Source: Felis catus (lineage: Eukaryota). Taken from it: 64,000 nucleotides of DNA. The notes under the pieces were generated by a model. It was given only the letters and a program-made list of their open reading frames with translations. It had not been told where the DNA came from and searched no databases. How positions within the stretch are numbered: position 1 is the stretch's first letter; each line of letters starts with the position of its first letter. The stretch spans positions 156,614,001 to 156,678,000 of the forward strand of contig NC_058368.1 of assembly GCF_018350175.1 (NCBI RefSeq), given 5' to 3'. Shown here in pieces: positions 14,032 through 27,258 of the stretch. Position numbers and translations under genes: made by a program.

Positions 14032-14720
14032 CAGGTGTCCCATGCATCAGGTATGTCACTTATGGCCTGTAAGTATTTTAGGAAAGAGTAGGAACTACAT
14101 AACATAGAGGGGTAGACAGTAGCCCCCTTACTTGCTGACTTGCTTTCACCGAATTGCAGTTCATATATGCCTTGTTAAATGGATTTACAGATTATATAAT
14201 CTAGTTTTAACTGAACTAATCCTCACAAAATGGACAATTGGCTTTAAAAGATCCCAGTAAAGAAACTGTGGATTGAAGATAATGCTAATTGAACAAGCAC
14301 CAGTGAGCAGAATGATAAACAAGAATCTGTAGAGACACCACTTCTGCTCTTAGCTGAGCTCTATGTCAGCCACATTCTGATTCACAAACCAATGATGGTC
14401 TAATCAGATCTAGCAAGAATTCAGCCCAAAAAACCCCAAATTATCAAGACAATGTTTGCAATAGAAATTTACATCTACGTTGACAATAAACTTGTTCAGT
14501 GTGTGCTGTGCCTTGAAGTATTAGCTAATGATATTATAAAGCCATCATGATTAGAAAGACATTTGAAAACAAAGTCTTCAGAATAAGAAGACAAGCCTCT
14601 ATGGAATTTCTTTGGTGGGGGTGGGGGGTGGTAATTTAAAAAAACAACAACAACACATATTTTACATAATTGTGACCAAATGTAACAATAACATTATGAA
14701 GCTTTTTGAGATTTTGTAAT
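14032..14720 (+). mobile_element. hAT-Charlie (Charlie7-like) DNA transposon 5' remnant with decayed transposase BED-finger
   Basis: ATG GAC AAT TGG CTT at 14230; from 14497 reads QCVLCLEVLANDIIKPS*LERHLKTK (Charlie/Buster CxxC..KPS.L.RHL.TK motif), with stops. Confidence 0.8.
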
Positions 14721-16354
14721 ATATGAGAACCTTTTTACATTAGTAAGACTAATAACACATGATATATTACAAAATTTTATACTATGGATCAATATAATAC
14801 ACAATTCCTTAGAATTTTTGCATTTTCAAGACTTCAATACATAACCACTAACGTGTTTTCAAGTTTCACAACTATGCAGTTTTTACACCATCTCTGACAT
14901 TACAAAATGCTCAGGCTGCTCTTGCTTTTCTGTTGTTAGAAGTTGTCACTGTTTAACTCTGTTCGGGGAGAGTGCTGTATTAGAGCAACTTGTGACAATC
15001 TCCATTGCCTGACATGAAGGTAAACTATTTAATATACACACGGTGGTGCCTGAAAGCTGTCTTTGGAAACTCCGCCCACTGTATAAGAAACACTGCATTG
15101 AGTGTGAACTTTTGGAAGAAGTCTTCAGAAGAAAAGAATAGTAACCCATGCAGGAAAATAGATTGAAATCTTAGGTTGATTTTATGGAAAACCAAGACAA
15201 GAATCAATGACACATTCCATTCTTTCCTTAAATATGATCGATCTCACTAATGAAATATTTCACTCAATCCTCAGTGAGAAAAATAGTGAAATATAATGAT
15301 TTCATGAAAAAACTCTCTTCAGTTTAGAATTTTCTGACTAGCTGTCTTTGTGCTTTCAAATTAATAATGCAGGAGGATTGTTTTCGTTCTATGTAGGAAG
15401 TAAAAGAATTATTGGAGAATTGGTATCATAAATAAGAACCTATGCAAATCAGAGCCTATAGAGTGTCAACTGCACTGACCTTCAACCTTCAGAGAACATT
15501 AATTTTGTTAATATCCAAAGTCAAAGGCTGTATTCCCCATTTGCCATGCTATACCGGAACACACATATGTGTGCACCTACACATCCCACGTTCTGTTTCC
15601 TTTGGCATTACACACAAGAGTCACAGATTTATTTTTATGGTTGTAGATTCTGGAAGCATTTGTTCTTCATCCAGAACTTGCCCATTTGGAATAAGTTTTT
15701 CTTATCAAACACCATTAATAAAAATTTTGTTGAAATAGATCTCTCTAGCGAAGCTTACATCTGTAGCACTTTGTTCTCATGGGCAGGACCAACTCCTCAG
15801 CCCCGATAACAATGGAACAAATAAAGTCAGTAGCAATTCCCCAACCGAAAATATATGTACCCCAAATCAATGCCACTTTCAAGATAAACAAGCATTTTGC
15901 ACACTAATAAATAATGCCATAAATCTTGCTATATTGGGTTGCAAATAACTCCAACTGAATAAAATTGCTTGACACAGGATTTACTTATTCTGCACGTTCA
16001 TAAAAACAACTTGTTCTCTGACAGCACTCATTCTTGGCAATTTACCGCAGCTGTCAGCAGCCAATTTGTTCAGATTACTGCTCTGCATAAAAGTGTAACA
16101 ATCATGAGGATTTATTAGCTGATTATCGTAAAGGTGGCAGTCCGTCTTGCCTGCCAAAATGCAGGTGATCAGAAAGTTAAATAATTACATGCAGATTAAC
16201 ATTATTTCACCTTTACTTGATATTTGTAGTTCAGCGACAGGTAAAATGTGTTGTTCAAACTTGCACTATTGTGTAGACCACCTGAGTTGGTTTATGGACT
16301 ACCTGGCATTTTATTGAGCACTTCATGGCTTCAGAACATACTGGGTTCAAGACC

Positions 16355-16565
16355 AAAGTGAAAGGAGTGTGGTCTTTAGAGCCAGGAGTTCTGGATTTGA
16401 ATCTCAGATCAATCACCCAGATGCATACTAGCTGAGCAACCTCTAAATCTATCTTCTGCCTCACTTTTTCATCTACAAAAATGGCATAATATGAACGACT
16501 CTTGTTATCCCCTAAAAGTGAGCTAATGTAATTGTGCCCTATTCATTGTAGAGCACTGTCACTAT
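16355..16565 (+). mobile_element. MIR
   Basis: ctttagagccag..ctggatttgaatc..tgcctcactttttcatct. Confidence 0.7.
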
Positions 16566-16883
16566 TGTTTCTTTCTACTCATGGTAATTTCATTTTTCTG
16601 TAAAATTTACCTACCAGGGGGCATTAACTCTTTGGATATACTAATGATGAAAAAGTTATAAGTATTGGGTAAAAGTGTAGACTACTTTTAAAAAAATGCA
16701 ACAATTCAGTATTTTTTAAGTATAAGTATTACTCAGGCACTTTCACCTTTAACTCATTAATTCTCCCCTTTTGGATTATATATACATAGCTTTCTTCAAT
16801 TAGACTGAAATTTTATACCTGCCACTAAGTCATACTGTTCTAATTGCCTCTGCACTGATGCCTATTGTTAAATTATGAATTTA

Positions 16884-17224
16884 CGGTTAACCCTTGAACA
16901 ATATGGGGGTTAGGGACACCAGCCCCCTGGCACAGTAGAACTTCTGCGTACAACTTCCGACTTCCCCCAAATTTAACTACTATAGCCTACTGTTGACAGG
17001 AAGCCGTACTGATAACATAAATAGATGATTCACATATATTTTATATGTTATAGGTATTATATGTTATATTCTCACAAAAAAGAAAGTGAGAGAAAGGAAA
17101 ATGTCATTAAGAAAATCATAAGGAAGAGAAAATGCATTTATAGTGCTCTACAATATTTATCGAAAAAAATCTCTGTATACGTGGACATCTGTAGTTCAAG
17201 CCCATGTTGTTTAAAGGTCAACTG
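16884..17224 (-). mobile_element. Tigger2a/MER8-type TcMar-Tigger MITE, complete
   Basis: TIRs cggttaacccttgaacaa / ttgtttaaaggtcaactg; TA target duplication at 16882-16883 and 17225-17226. Confidence 0.9.
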
Positions 17225-17289
17225 TACTGAGAGAAGGAACAGCCATAATTTTCAGTATTAAATCAAACTTCAGATCTTTAAATTAAAAT

Positions 17290-18660
17290 CTGGCAAATAA
17301 TTTTTAAACACCTATTATATGCCATATACTTTTCTAGGCATTGGGAATGTGACAGTGAACAAAAACAAAACACTCAAAACTCTTTGCCTTCATGAAGCTT
17401 ATATTCTCTGCCTTCACGAAGCTTATATTCTAGTGGTGGGAAATAAATGATAAAACACATAACTGAAATGTATAGTAGGTCAAATGGTGGTTACTTCTAC
17501 GGAGAAAAACAAAGCAGGATAGGGGAAAGGGGGAATTTAAATAGGGTTGGTATGGATGCCTCCCTGATGTGACATTTGTACAGAGACCTGAAGAAGATAA
17601 AGAAGCAATCCAGGTGGATATCTGAAGAAAGAGTGTCACAGATGTAGGGGAAGGTCCTCAGGTGGGAGGGTGTCTGGTGTGCTTGAGGAAGAGCAAAGAG
17701 GCTGGAAAAGAGTAGAGGGAGAGAGGGGCGGAACAGCAGAAGTTCAGGGTAGAGTGGTGATGGGGCTGGATCATGAGAAGCATTATAGGCCACTATAAGG
17801 ACTTAGCCAGGTTTTGCCCATATTAGGATGGGAAAACGTTGAAGGGTTTTGAGCAGAGGAGTCAAATTATTTTATTTGTTTTCTGTGGAAGGAAGAACAC
17901 GAGGCTATGGCTATTGTCTACATGAGAGTTGATGGTAGCTTCAACCAGAATTATTATGATCAAGATAATGACAGGAGTGAATTCTGAATACATTTCGAAG
18001 GAATCTTTGGTAGGTTGCTGACGGGTTTGATAAGAGTGAGAGAAAGAAAAGAAGCAAATAGGACTCTATGGTTTTGGCATTAGCAACACATGGGAGAATT
18101 TGAAAGGCAGAGAAGATTTGGGGATCTTGGGTATCAGAAGTTTGGCCTTGGACCTGCTAAACTGAAGAATTCTATTAGGCATTCTAGGGAGATATCTAGC
18201 AGGGAGGTGATGTGGAATCTGGAGCTCAGAGAAGAGTTATGGAGTGGAGCTCGTTGTCATTATTGATCTCAGACAGTATGGAAAGTACAAGAGTAGATGG
18301 AATCAGTAGGGGAGCAGGTGTAGACAGAGAAGATGCCCAAGGAGTGGGCTTTGAGGCTCTCTAGAACTAAAACAGCAGGGAGATGAGGAAAATTCTGTGA
18401 ATGAGACCAAGAAGGAACAAGTGATGAGGTAAAAGAAAAACAAAGAGTCTGGTGTTTTAAAAGCCAAGTGAAAAAGGTGTTTTAAGGTAATGAAGCAATC
18501 AGCCAGGTCCAGTACTACTTCTGGATGAAATTAAGATGAAGGTTGAAAATCGGCCATTGGATTTAACAACTCAGTGGTCACAGGGGACCTTGACAAGAGC
18601 AGTTTGTATGGACTATTAGCAGCATAAGCCTGACTGCATGGGTTCAAGAGAGAATTGGAA
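17290..18660 (-). mobile_element. L2 LINE 3' fragment (~1.4 kb)
   Basis: L2 3' end (cacctattatatgcca..ctaggcattggg..cagtgaacaa) and purine-rich body; 23-nt tandem duplication at 17385-17407/17409-17431. Confidence 0.85.
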
Positions 18661-19109
18661 AGGGCAATGTTCAGTGTTAAATAGCTTTCACTGTACCAAC
18701 ACTCCAAATTTGCAAGTGACCTTTTCACTCATAGCCAGCCTTGTCTTTCTAATGAAAAAAAAAAAAAAAAAACCCAAAAAACAAAAAACAAAAAAAACCA
18801 AAAACCCAAAAACCCAAAATCCTGTTATTGAGCATACATTATTTACAAAACACATTTTCAAAAATCATTATATGTGACCAAAACTGGAAAACAAAGTGGA
18901 CAATAACAAAACTATAACACAATAAACTAGTCTACGTAGATAATCCGATCCATGCAACTGTTCTCAAATGTAGGATTGAATTTAGATAGTATCCTCAAAA
19001 AAAATTAACAGTCATGGAAATAACAGTATTATCCTTCATGGCCAACTTTAAATCTACTCACCAACTACCAGCCAACTCCCAGAATAGTCTCTAATTTGTA
19101 AGTTAATAC

Positions 19110-19282
19110 AGACATACCTAACTGTTCTCATCACAAAAAAGAAATAATTTGATGTGATAGAGGTGCTAACTCTAGCTACCATGACAAGCATATTATAATA
19201 TATAAATGCCACAAATCAGCTATTGTATACCTTAAATTTATATTAGCTACATGCAAAAATATTTATAAATAAATAAATAAAT
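19110..19282 (+). mobile_element. L1 (L1M-type) extreme 3' fragment
   Basis: gttctcatcacaaaaaa..gatagaggtgctaac..gtataccttaaattt followed by (AAAT)n tail. Confidence 0.75.
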
Positions 19283-19882
19283 GTTAACAGGGCATAAAAT
19301 GTTGTGATGATAGCTTGCAAAACAAGACAGAAGACCATGATGGATTTTACTCCTATTACTTTACTCCTAGAACTCTCATTTAATGGAAGGAATTCTCATC
19401 TAACCTACCCTAGGAACTGAGGAATTTTATTACAATCTGCATTATTTCCAATGTAACTACACAACCTTCACATAAACACAGCGACTTTGTTCTGCCTACC
19501 ACTTAGGTATAATAATACCTTGCTTTTCAAGGGCAGGATGTGTTTAAAGTATAACTTAATAAACATAAAGTAGCGACCTTGAGTTGCTGGTGCTATCTGG
19601 ACATTGAATAGATTTGAAATAATGATTTACCACAGTCATTTCCTTTTTCTGCAACAGGCACCTTGGTTAAATTGGCCGGGCATACAACAAGTTTTTACTG
19701 AACATATGTGATTACCTCAAAATTTGACAATACCCCCTTTATTGTGTAAAGGGGATTTAACTGATACTCAAAAGCGTCCTAAAGAGTCATCTCACCTACA
19801 CCTGTGCTCTTGTGTACTCTAAAACTTTTTTTGGCTTAAATTGCTTTTATAGGCTATTTTGTTTGGCATATGACCAAAAATG

Positions 19883-20109
19883 TTTTTTTTTTTTTGTTTT
19901 GTTTTTTTGAGAAAGAGAGCAAGAACACGGGCACACTCTTGTGTGCACAAGCTGGGGAGGGGCATGCGGAGAGGGAGAAAGAGAATCTTAAGCAGGATCC
20001 ATGACCATCATGGAGCCTGACAGGGAGCCTGATCTCTGGACCATGAGATCATGACCTGAGTCAAAATCAAGGGCTGGATGCTTAACCGAATTTGCCACCC
20101 AGGTGCCCC
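19883..20109 (-). mobile_element. CAN-SINE
   Basis: T-tail, gagatcatgacctgag, gccacccaggtgcccc head. Confidence 0.92.
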
Positions 20110-20415
20110 AAAATGGATTTCTTTAAAAAAAAGTGAGGCTGATGGGTAAGTTTTTATTGTATTTAGAAAAAAAATGTAACTTGAGGTAAAAGTAATTTAT
20201 TCAAAATGAATAAGAAATTTTAAAAAACCCCTATGATTCTTTAATGGTAGCATTTGGATTTACCACCCAAGCCAGTTTTAATCCCACCAAAGTACTAGGA
20301 AGAAGAGCACAAAGTTGTGCCCATCAAGGCAGTGCGGGTGATAGGGCCTAGGGCTCCTTGATTCTGTTTGCTGGGTCCTCCTGTGTAATAACCATGAATA
20401 TAAAGAACCTGTCTA

Positions 20416-20536
20416 GAGGTGCCTGGCAGGCTCAGTCGATTTAGTGTCTGACTTGATTTTGGCTCAGGACATAATCCCAGGGTTGTGAGATCAAGCCTTG
20501 CATAGGGCTCTGTGCTGAGTGTGGACCCTGCTTAAG

Positions 20537-20604
<68 letters not shown>

Positions 20605-20660
20605 TCTGCCCCTCTTGCCTGCTCACACATGCTGTCTCAAATTAAAAACAAAAATAAAAA
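20416..20660 (+). mobile_element. CAN-SINE with long (CT)n
   Basis: ggtgcctgg..gctcagtc head, (CT)n, A tail; degenerate TSD aacctgtcta/aacgtgtcta. Confidence 0.92.
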
Positions 20661-20770
20661 ACGTGTCTAACAATCTAGGCAAAGCCCAAGCTAGAAACTA
20701 TACACAGGTGGTAACACCTCCAAGATCTAGCAAAAATAAAAAGGGTGGATATACACCCAACTAGATTACT

Positions 20771-20920
20771 AGTTTATTATAAAAAGAGATAATTCAGGAA
20801 CAGCCAGATGGAAGAGATACCCAGACAAGGTAGGGGGAAAGGACACAGAGCTTCCACGCCCACTCAGGCATGCCAGTCTCCTAGCACCTCCACATGCTCA
20901 CCAACAACAAAGCTCCAGAA
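20771..20920 (-). mobile_element. MER21-like LTR fragment
   Basis: gaacagccagatggaagagatac...gagcttcc...caccaac..aagctc resembles MER21-group LTRs. Confidence 0.5.
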
Positions 20921-22764
20921 ATGAATTTCTTCTCTTCCCAAATTTCTTAAGACTTCCTTAGCTCCCCCAGTTACCAAAAACAATCCCTATGATCTTCAGA
21001 TCAGCCAGTTGAGATATTCAAATCAGATCTCTCAAAATTTGCCAAATTATGGGCAAACCTATAGAAACAAGGTGAAATGAGATGAACAGTTCCCCCTCTC
21101 TACCAACCATTTCCGCAATATAATTAGCCATGCCCTTGAAGAATTCATAATATTACAAAGTGAGGAAAAGGTAAAGGTCAGTACCAGATGGGCTGAGAAA
21201 TCATCATAATTTCCAAATTTGGAAATTATTTTCAAAGAAAGAATAAAATATATAAAAGGGTATCTGTTATCACAGGAAAAAAATAGAAAAAGGGATAAGA
21301 TGTACTTCATGTAATATGGACCCAGAAGTACAGGAAGGCGGTATGTTGTAGCCATGATTTCATTATCTTACCAATATAAGTATAATTATAAAGTAAAGAG
21401 ATTGAGGTAGCAAGTTACACATGACAGTCATACTGATTTATCTTATGGTAACCAAATATAGCTAATGTTGCCATAAATTATGAAAATGAATTAATTATTC
21501 AAGGAACAGCTAGACAGCACCTACTTGAAAGAGCTCGTAGCATGTTGAGGGAGATAGAAACATAGATATATAATCATAATGAGAGGTATTCAGTGTATCA
21601 ACAGATATACACTGCTACTTAAGCTAGTGGTATATCCCAAAGAGAACAAGGTCAAACTTAAAGAAAACTCCGAAAATAGTGTTTTACTAAAGGGAAAAAA
21701 TATGCAGTGAAGACCTGTCCTTTAAAAAGGATTGAAACAGTATTAGGTTATGGTAGTTTTTTCCATTTCATTTTACAAGTAAAATATTAAAGTATAAATG
21801 AAGCTATTTAACCTCTCACTTTATAATCCTATAAAGAAAACCATTGTTTAAAAAATATATATCAGAGTCACAAAAAAAAAAAAAAAACAAAAAGATAAAT
21901 ATGTTGGGTCAGATTCCTGTTCTTACTTTTCTAGCATAAAATTTCCTTAATTATTATTAGTATGTATGCATTTCTTCAGGCTGTGTGTTTAGAGACTTGG
22001 AATTCATGTGACCTGCAATGAAGAAAGAATTTTCTAAACCAACAAATTCTCCTGTACACTGTACTTTATTTTAATATAGGCAGGTTTCAATATGTTTTGC
22101 TACAAAGGCACATACACATCAAAAAATAAAAACAGATTTTAAGAAAGGAAACAGTTCATATAATTCAAGTAGTCATTCAAAATAACCTTGTCTTTGTGGA
22201 GAGATGTCATTAGGCCTCAGAATACTCCTTCCTTCACTGCATTATTAGATTAACATGGATCTGTCTCTCTTACATGTTTCCATCACTAAAACTTGAGAAC
22301 TCTACAGATTTATGAACTCCTTGGAGATTATAAAGATTCTCTACCTTGAAGGGGGGTTGTAGGAAACAATGCATTTTATGGTCTCACAATATGCTTTATG
22401 AAAAGTAATATTATCTTAGATCACTTTACAGACTATGAATGAGCTCTTTGTTTCTTTAAGTATCTTGATCAAATGAGATTCCTCGTTCTCAATTCCCATA
22501 ACTTTTACACACAATATTCTGACATCTGGAGAAAATTTCTGGATATCAAATTCAGATAGCCTGTCCATGGACTGGTCAAAACTGCCACCTACTGGTCAGT
22601 CTTCAAATCTATTTTTCACTTTACCCAAGCATTGCTTTACCTTGGTCAGATCCCTTCCTTCAAAATGGTAAAAGATCAGTTACAATAACTAGACAGAAAG
22701 CGATTATCCTTTTAAAAAAATTCACCCTCTCTAGGATGAACCAAAAATACCAAGTCGTACAAAC

Positions 22765-22895
22765 CTGCCAATAAAATCATCCCTTTTCCCAGCGTCTTTG
22801 TCCCAGGCAGTGATATCAATGATTCCACCTCTTTCTTCATAGAGATGAAAATCAAATTGTTCCCTCCACTGAGGATTCAAAGTTTTTGGCATAAT
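22765..22895 (-). CDS. MCTP1: MCTP1 exon ~10 (131 nt): IMPKTLNPQWREQFDFHLYEERGGIIDITAWDKDAGKRDDFIG(R), C2B
   Basis: Acceptor ttttccag|ATT, donor CAG|gtttgt; C2 motifs KTLNP.W and WDKD....DD; phase 0/2. Confidence 0.97.
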
Positions 22896-24681
22896 CTGGA
22901 AAACCAAAAAGTAATTACTGTCTTATAAATATAAGTCTTCTAAAAATATTTAACTTTGAGACATTATATCAAAATCAAGGTACTATCTACAAAAGTATAT
23001 GTGAGATTTGAACAAAAGCTTCCAGAAGTGATGGAAATGAATCATTAGCTCTTTAGCAACCTTACTGCATATCATCTGAAAGAACCCTAAAGGATATGTC
23101 CTGAAAACCAAAGGACATGCCTTCATCATCTTGAATAAGAGATGAGAGATATGAATTATACAGAAAAGGCAAATAGTCTATACGTGAAATGGCTCACTCA
23201 GATACTAGCATTTATTTTACATAAGCAGTTAATGCACAAAGACATAACTCTCAGCCTGTCATCTCCTAAAAAAGGACTATGTGGATTCCCAGAGTTCTTT
23301 TTCCCTTACTCCCTACACACAAGGGAATTCTGAGCTAAATCTGTAAAAATAAAAATAAAAATAAAAATAAATAGTAATGAAACAACAGACAGTGAAGTTC
23401 TATGGGAGCAGGAGGAAACAGCAAGTAACTCTGGGGTGGTCGGGCAAACATTTATGTTGGAACCATAGCATTGATGTTTCATCTGATTTTATATCTGGAG
23501 AAACTGAGACCTGGAGTTTTACTGACCAACCCCAAATCATTACGTTTTAGTATCTAGACCCTAACTCAGGTCTTTGATTAGAGCTTCAGGTCTCTTTCCC
23601 CAAAACAATCTGCCAAAAATGTTTGTAAATTAATATGAATGTGTGTGTACAATTTCTATGTTGCAAATACCAGAAAGCTATCTGAAGTGCAATTGTGTAA
23701 CTTCAAGCATTCAGATAAGACATCTGGTAGAATCAATGAATGAAGTGACCCATACTGATGTGCTTTGAAACTTCATTCACCACTGGGTTAAAAACATTCA
23801 TATTTGTTTCCCTATTCTTTCTTTTTAGCAGGAGCGCATGCAATGGCCTTTTCTCTTTTGAATGTATGAGAGACAAATCTTCAGATGTAAAGACTCTGAA
23901 AGCAATGAAGTATGTTATGTGCAAAGGTAATACAAATGAATCACAATTTTTAAAGTTCATAATCTGAAGTTAGTCAGCAATATATCATGGAAGGAAAGAG
24001 CAAAGAGAGACACATGTCCATAGCTAGATTTCATATTTCATACCTAAAGAGCAGAACTATAAAAAATAAGTAATGTTTTAAGCCTACCAGAACACAGAGA
24101 TGATGTTAATTGATAAAGGACAAGACAGAAGTGGTCATAGGTACCTATTTTTGGAATCAGTAGTTTCCTTAAAATATGTTATTAAGTCCATGGCAGAAAA
24201 AAAGAAAAAGATGGCATTAGATGGATCCTATGATAATTCAAACCTCTCATTATTGGGCTCAGATGCACTTCTGTGGTGTTTTGGGGATGGTCTATCTTAC
24301 TTATTTGGCCATAAAAAGCCTAATTTTTCAGTTTCCTTTTTTAGGATGGTCTTCCCTATATGATTTTCCTTCAGGTCAGAAATGATGCTTTCCCCTTCCA
24401 CGTGGGCATTCAAGAAGATAACCAATCAGCCTGAGAGCAATTCTCACTGCCTACTAATGAGTCAGCTCTGTGATATTACTAACCCCCTTAGTTACTGATG
24501 AAAACTTCCTGTGCCAGAAGGAACCTAGGCAGGCTGTTTATCAAAAGTTCTTGAAAATGGTAATGTCAAAGTGAAATTATTCTCATCAAAGTAGAATGTG
24601 ATTTTTAATACAAGATAGATAGGATGAGTTTGCAAGCTATGAATAGTAGCTGTAGAAGCTGACCATTAAAGAGGTTGTATT

Positions 24682-24838
24682 GTGTTTTGTTTTTGTTTTT
24701 GTTTTTTGCTGTTTTTTGTTTTTCTTTAAAGTTTTAATTTATTTATTTAGGTGATCTCTACACCCAGTGTAGGGCTCCAACTCAGAACCCTGAGATAAAG
24801 AGTTTCATGCTCTTCAGACTGAGCCAGATAGGCACCCC
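24682..24838 (-). mobile_element. Short old-type CAN-SINE
   Basis: gactgagccagataggcacccc head; TSD aaagaggttgtatt (24668-24681) / aaagaggttttatt (24839-24852). Confidence 0.88.
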
Positions 24839-25034
24839 AAAGAGGTTTTATTTGGATACAACACAGATAAGACATGTGTCCCAAATATAACTATGACTAC
24901 TATGACCTTTACCGATTATAATTCCTTCTATCAAAAATATGACACTAATATGATTATTTAATGTATTATTACTATTAATATAATTGTTGTTAAACAATAT
25001 CTTGTTCTTAAGGCTGCTACTCTTCCTGCTGCTA

Positions 25035-25215
25035 CTACCATTTATTATTTATTATGGACAAGGCAGTATTCCAAGCCCTTCACGTGTGTAACATATATTT
25101 ATTCAATCTTCTCAATAACTTTACGAGGTAGGCATTATTTTAATTCTCACTCATCTTACAGATGAGGAAATTGGGACATGGAATGGCAGAGTAACTTGTC
25201 CTGTAGCATACAGCG
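25035..25215 (-). mobile_element. MIR
   Basis: gaggtaggcattatt..ttacagatgaggaaattg core. Confidence 0.8.
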
Positions 25216-25379
25216 GAATTTGGCCCTTTGTTTTCTAAAGAAATAAAACCAACAAACAAAAATTGCAATCTGCACTGGTGCAAGTCATTTTGAATAAAAC
25301 GTTTCAGAGTAAGGAACAAAGATTTTTATGGTATGTAAAACAGGGCTATTTGTAGCACTGATACCAGTACTGATTGTAA

Positions 25380-25570
25380 TAATTATAGTAGCCAACACTC
25401 TTCGAGCACTTGATGTCCCAGGCCATCGACTTAGGTTTGTTTCAGCCCTTTTTTGTTTTGTTTGATTGCTTGTGTGTTATTTTTTTTAAAGAGATAGTTC
25501 CAACTATTATCCCTGTGTTATAGGTGAGATTGAGACAGAGTAGTACTTTATGCAAGGTCACATAGCACAT
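25380..25570 (-). mobile_element. Degenerate MIR
   Basis: gagcactt..tgtcccaggc; tattatccc; caaggtcacatagc. Confidence 0.55.
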
Positions 25571-25742
25571 TGAGTAAGAAATGTGATAATATAGTTATTG
25601 GTCTGGTTTGCTGACGTGATATTCAAAAGAAATTCTGTTAAGCATTTGAAAAAGTATCTAGTGTTTTTATCTCCTAAACCATGGCTATTAACCAACCACT
25701 GCCTTCCAAATACTGGCTGGAACAGGAGAGAGATACGGTTAC

Positions 25743-25913
25743 CTTGCTCTTGTACTTCTGATGCCCAAGCCGGAACTTCACATAGGGATCACTCAACCCA
25801 TTTGAATCCATTGCCTTGAGATCTCGTCCCTCAATCAATGTGATGCTGACTATTCCTCTCCAAAGATGTGATTTTCTGTGTACGTCTGATAGACGTAAAC
25901 TTTGGGTCTGAAA
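25743..25913 (-). CDS. MCTP1: MCTP1 exon ~9 (171 nt): FQTQSLRLSDVHRKSHLWRGIVSITLIEGRDLKAMDSNGLSDPYVKFRLGHQKYKSK, start of C2B
   Basis: Acceptor ttttcctttacccaaag|TTT, donor AAG|gtaacc; SDPYV motif; phase 0/0. Confidence 0.96.
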
Positions 25914-27044
25914 CTTTGGGTAAAGGAAAACAGAGTTAGCTTATTGAGTTTTAACCCCAAATACCTTATCTGGCATTACCCTTTCTCCTGTTACAAGTTT
26001 TTGAAAATAAAAATGGTAGGTAGTTACAATTTAAGAAAATAAACATAGTTGACAGATTATTATTAATTACAGAATTGTTAATGAATGTGAAATTATCCTT
26101 TCATGATAAATTTAAGGTTGTTGTATGAGAAGTGAATGCTCAAAATAAGGTCTAATAATCCAACTCTTTACATTATAAGATGTAGATACTTCAAGAATAT
26201 CAGAATATTTGCCTCTGTGTCAAATATGCCAGTGTCAAAAAACTATTAGGAATACCAAAGGCCTCATCCACACTGTGATATTTAATTTTTAATTAGTTAT
26301 GATTTTTAAAAATCTTTCATGTTACAAGTTGGTTTTTAAGATTAGTTATAAGTTCTATTCAATTAAAAACCTTCTTTATTGCTATGTTAGGAGATAGCTG
26401 AGTTTCAGCTCACTAGATAACTACTTAAAGTACCACAGACCAGAAAACAAAATCAACATGCCCATCGGAGTTGTCTGGTTTATGCTGAAACTTGCATCAA
26501 AATTTTTTAAATTACGTATGTGATTTTCATTGGTGGGTGTGTTACTGAGTTTCTCATTCTAGTACTTGAACATTGTCTCTAATGATTTTTATTATGCCCA
26601 ATGCTAAGTCACAATATTCAAACAAGCAAATGAAGCAAAAAATTTTAACATTAGGAAGGCTACAAAAAACAGCTCTATAATCTCTTTGAACTAAACAGCA
26701 CATACAACAAATCCAAGTAGCTAAAATGTTAAAATCTTTTCCATTTGGATTCAGAACCAAGCAGTACTATAAAAACTGCTATATCTTTCATATTGCCAAG
26801 CATGTTTTCTTCACTTACAGTCATTTCATGAAGAAATTCAACATGTCTCTCAACCTCAAAATACTCCACTTCTAAATTATAGATCAACTCTACTTTCAGT
26901 CTAATTCCATCTATGTCACCATTATAAAGTTATAGCCTATTTTGTATATCTCCCTCTCCCACCTTGAATCCTACTTTTTCTTTTCCATACCACACTAATG
27001 TGATAGCCATTTTTATCTGTCATTATTAAAAGTAATACATTTCA

Positions 27045-27258
27045 GGGGCCCTTGGGTGGCTCAGTAGATTAAGCGTCAGACTTTGGCTTAGGTGTTGATC
27101 TCACAGTCCGTGAGTTTGAGCCCTGCATTGGGTTCTGTGCTGACAGCACAGAGCCTAGAGCCTGCTTCTGATTCTGTATCTCCCTCTCTCTCTGTCCCTC
27201 ACCAGCTGTACTCTGTCTGTCTCTCTCTCAAAAAATAAATAAACACTAAAAAATTTTT
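27045..27258 (+). mobile_element. CAN-SINE (feliform type)
   Basis: Head, gagcctagagcctgc insert, (CT) tract, A tail; TSD-like gtaatacatttca/gtaatacatgtca. Confidence 0.93.

Noticed and set aside
20975..21058. 84-nt minus-strand pseudo-exon in intron 10
   Set aside because: In-frame stop, mediocre donor (TTG|gtaact) and no supporting motifs
23829..23926. Plus-strand exon-like unit with good acceptor and donor
   Set aside because: Isolated and antisense; pseudo-exons are expected by chance in 64 kb
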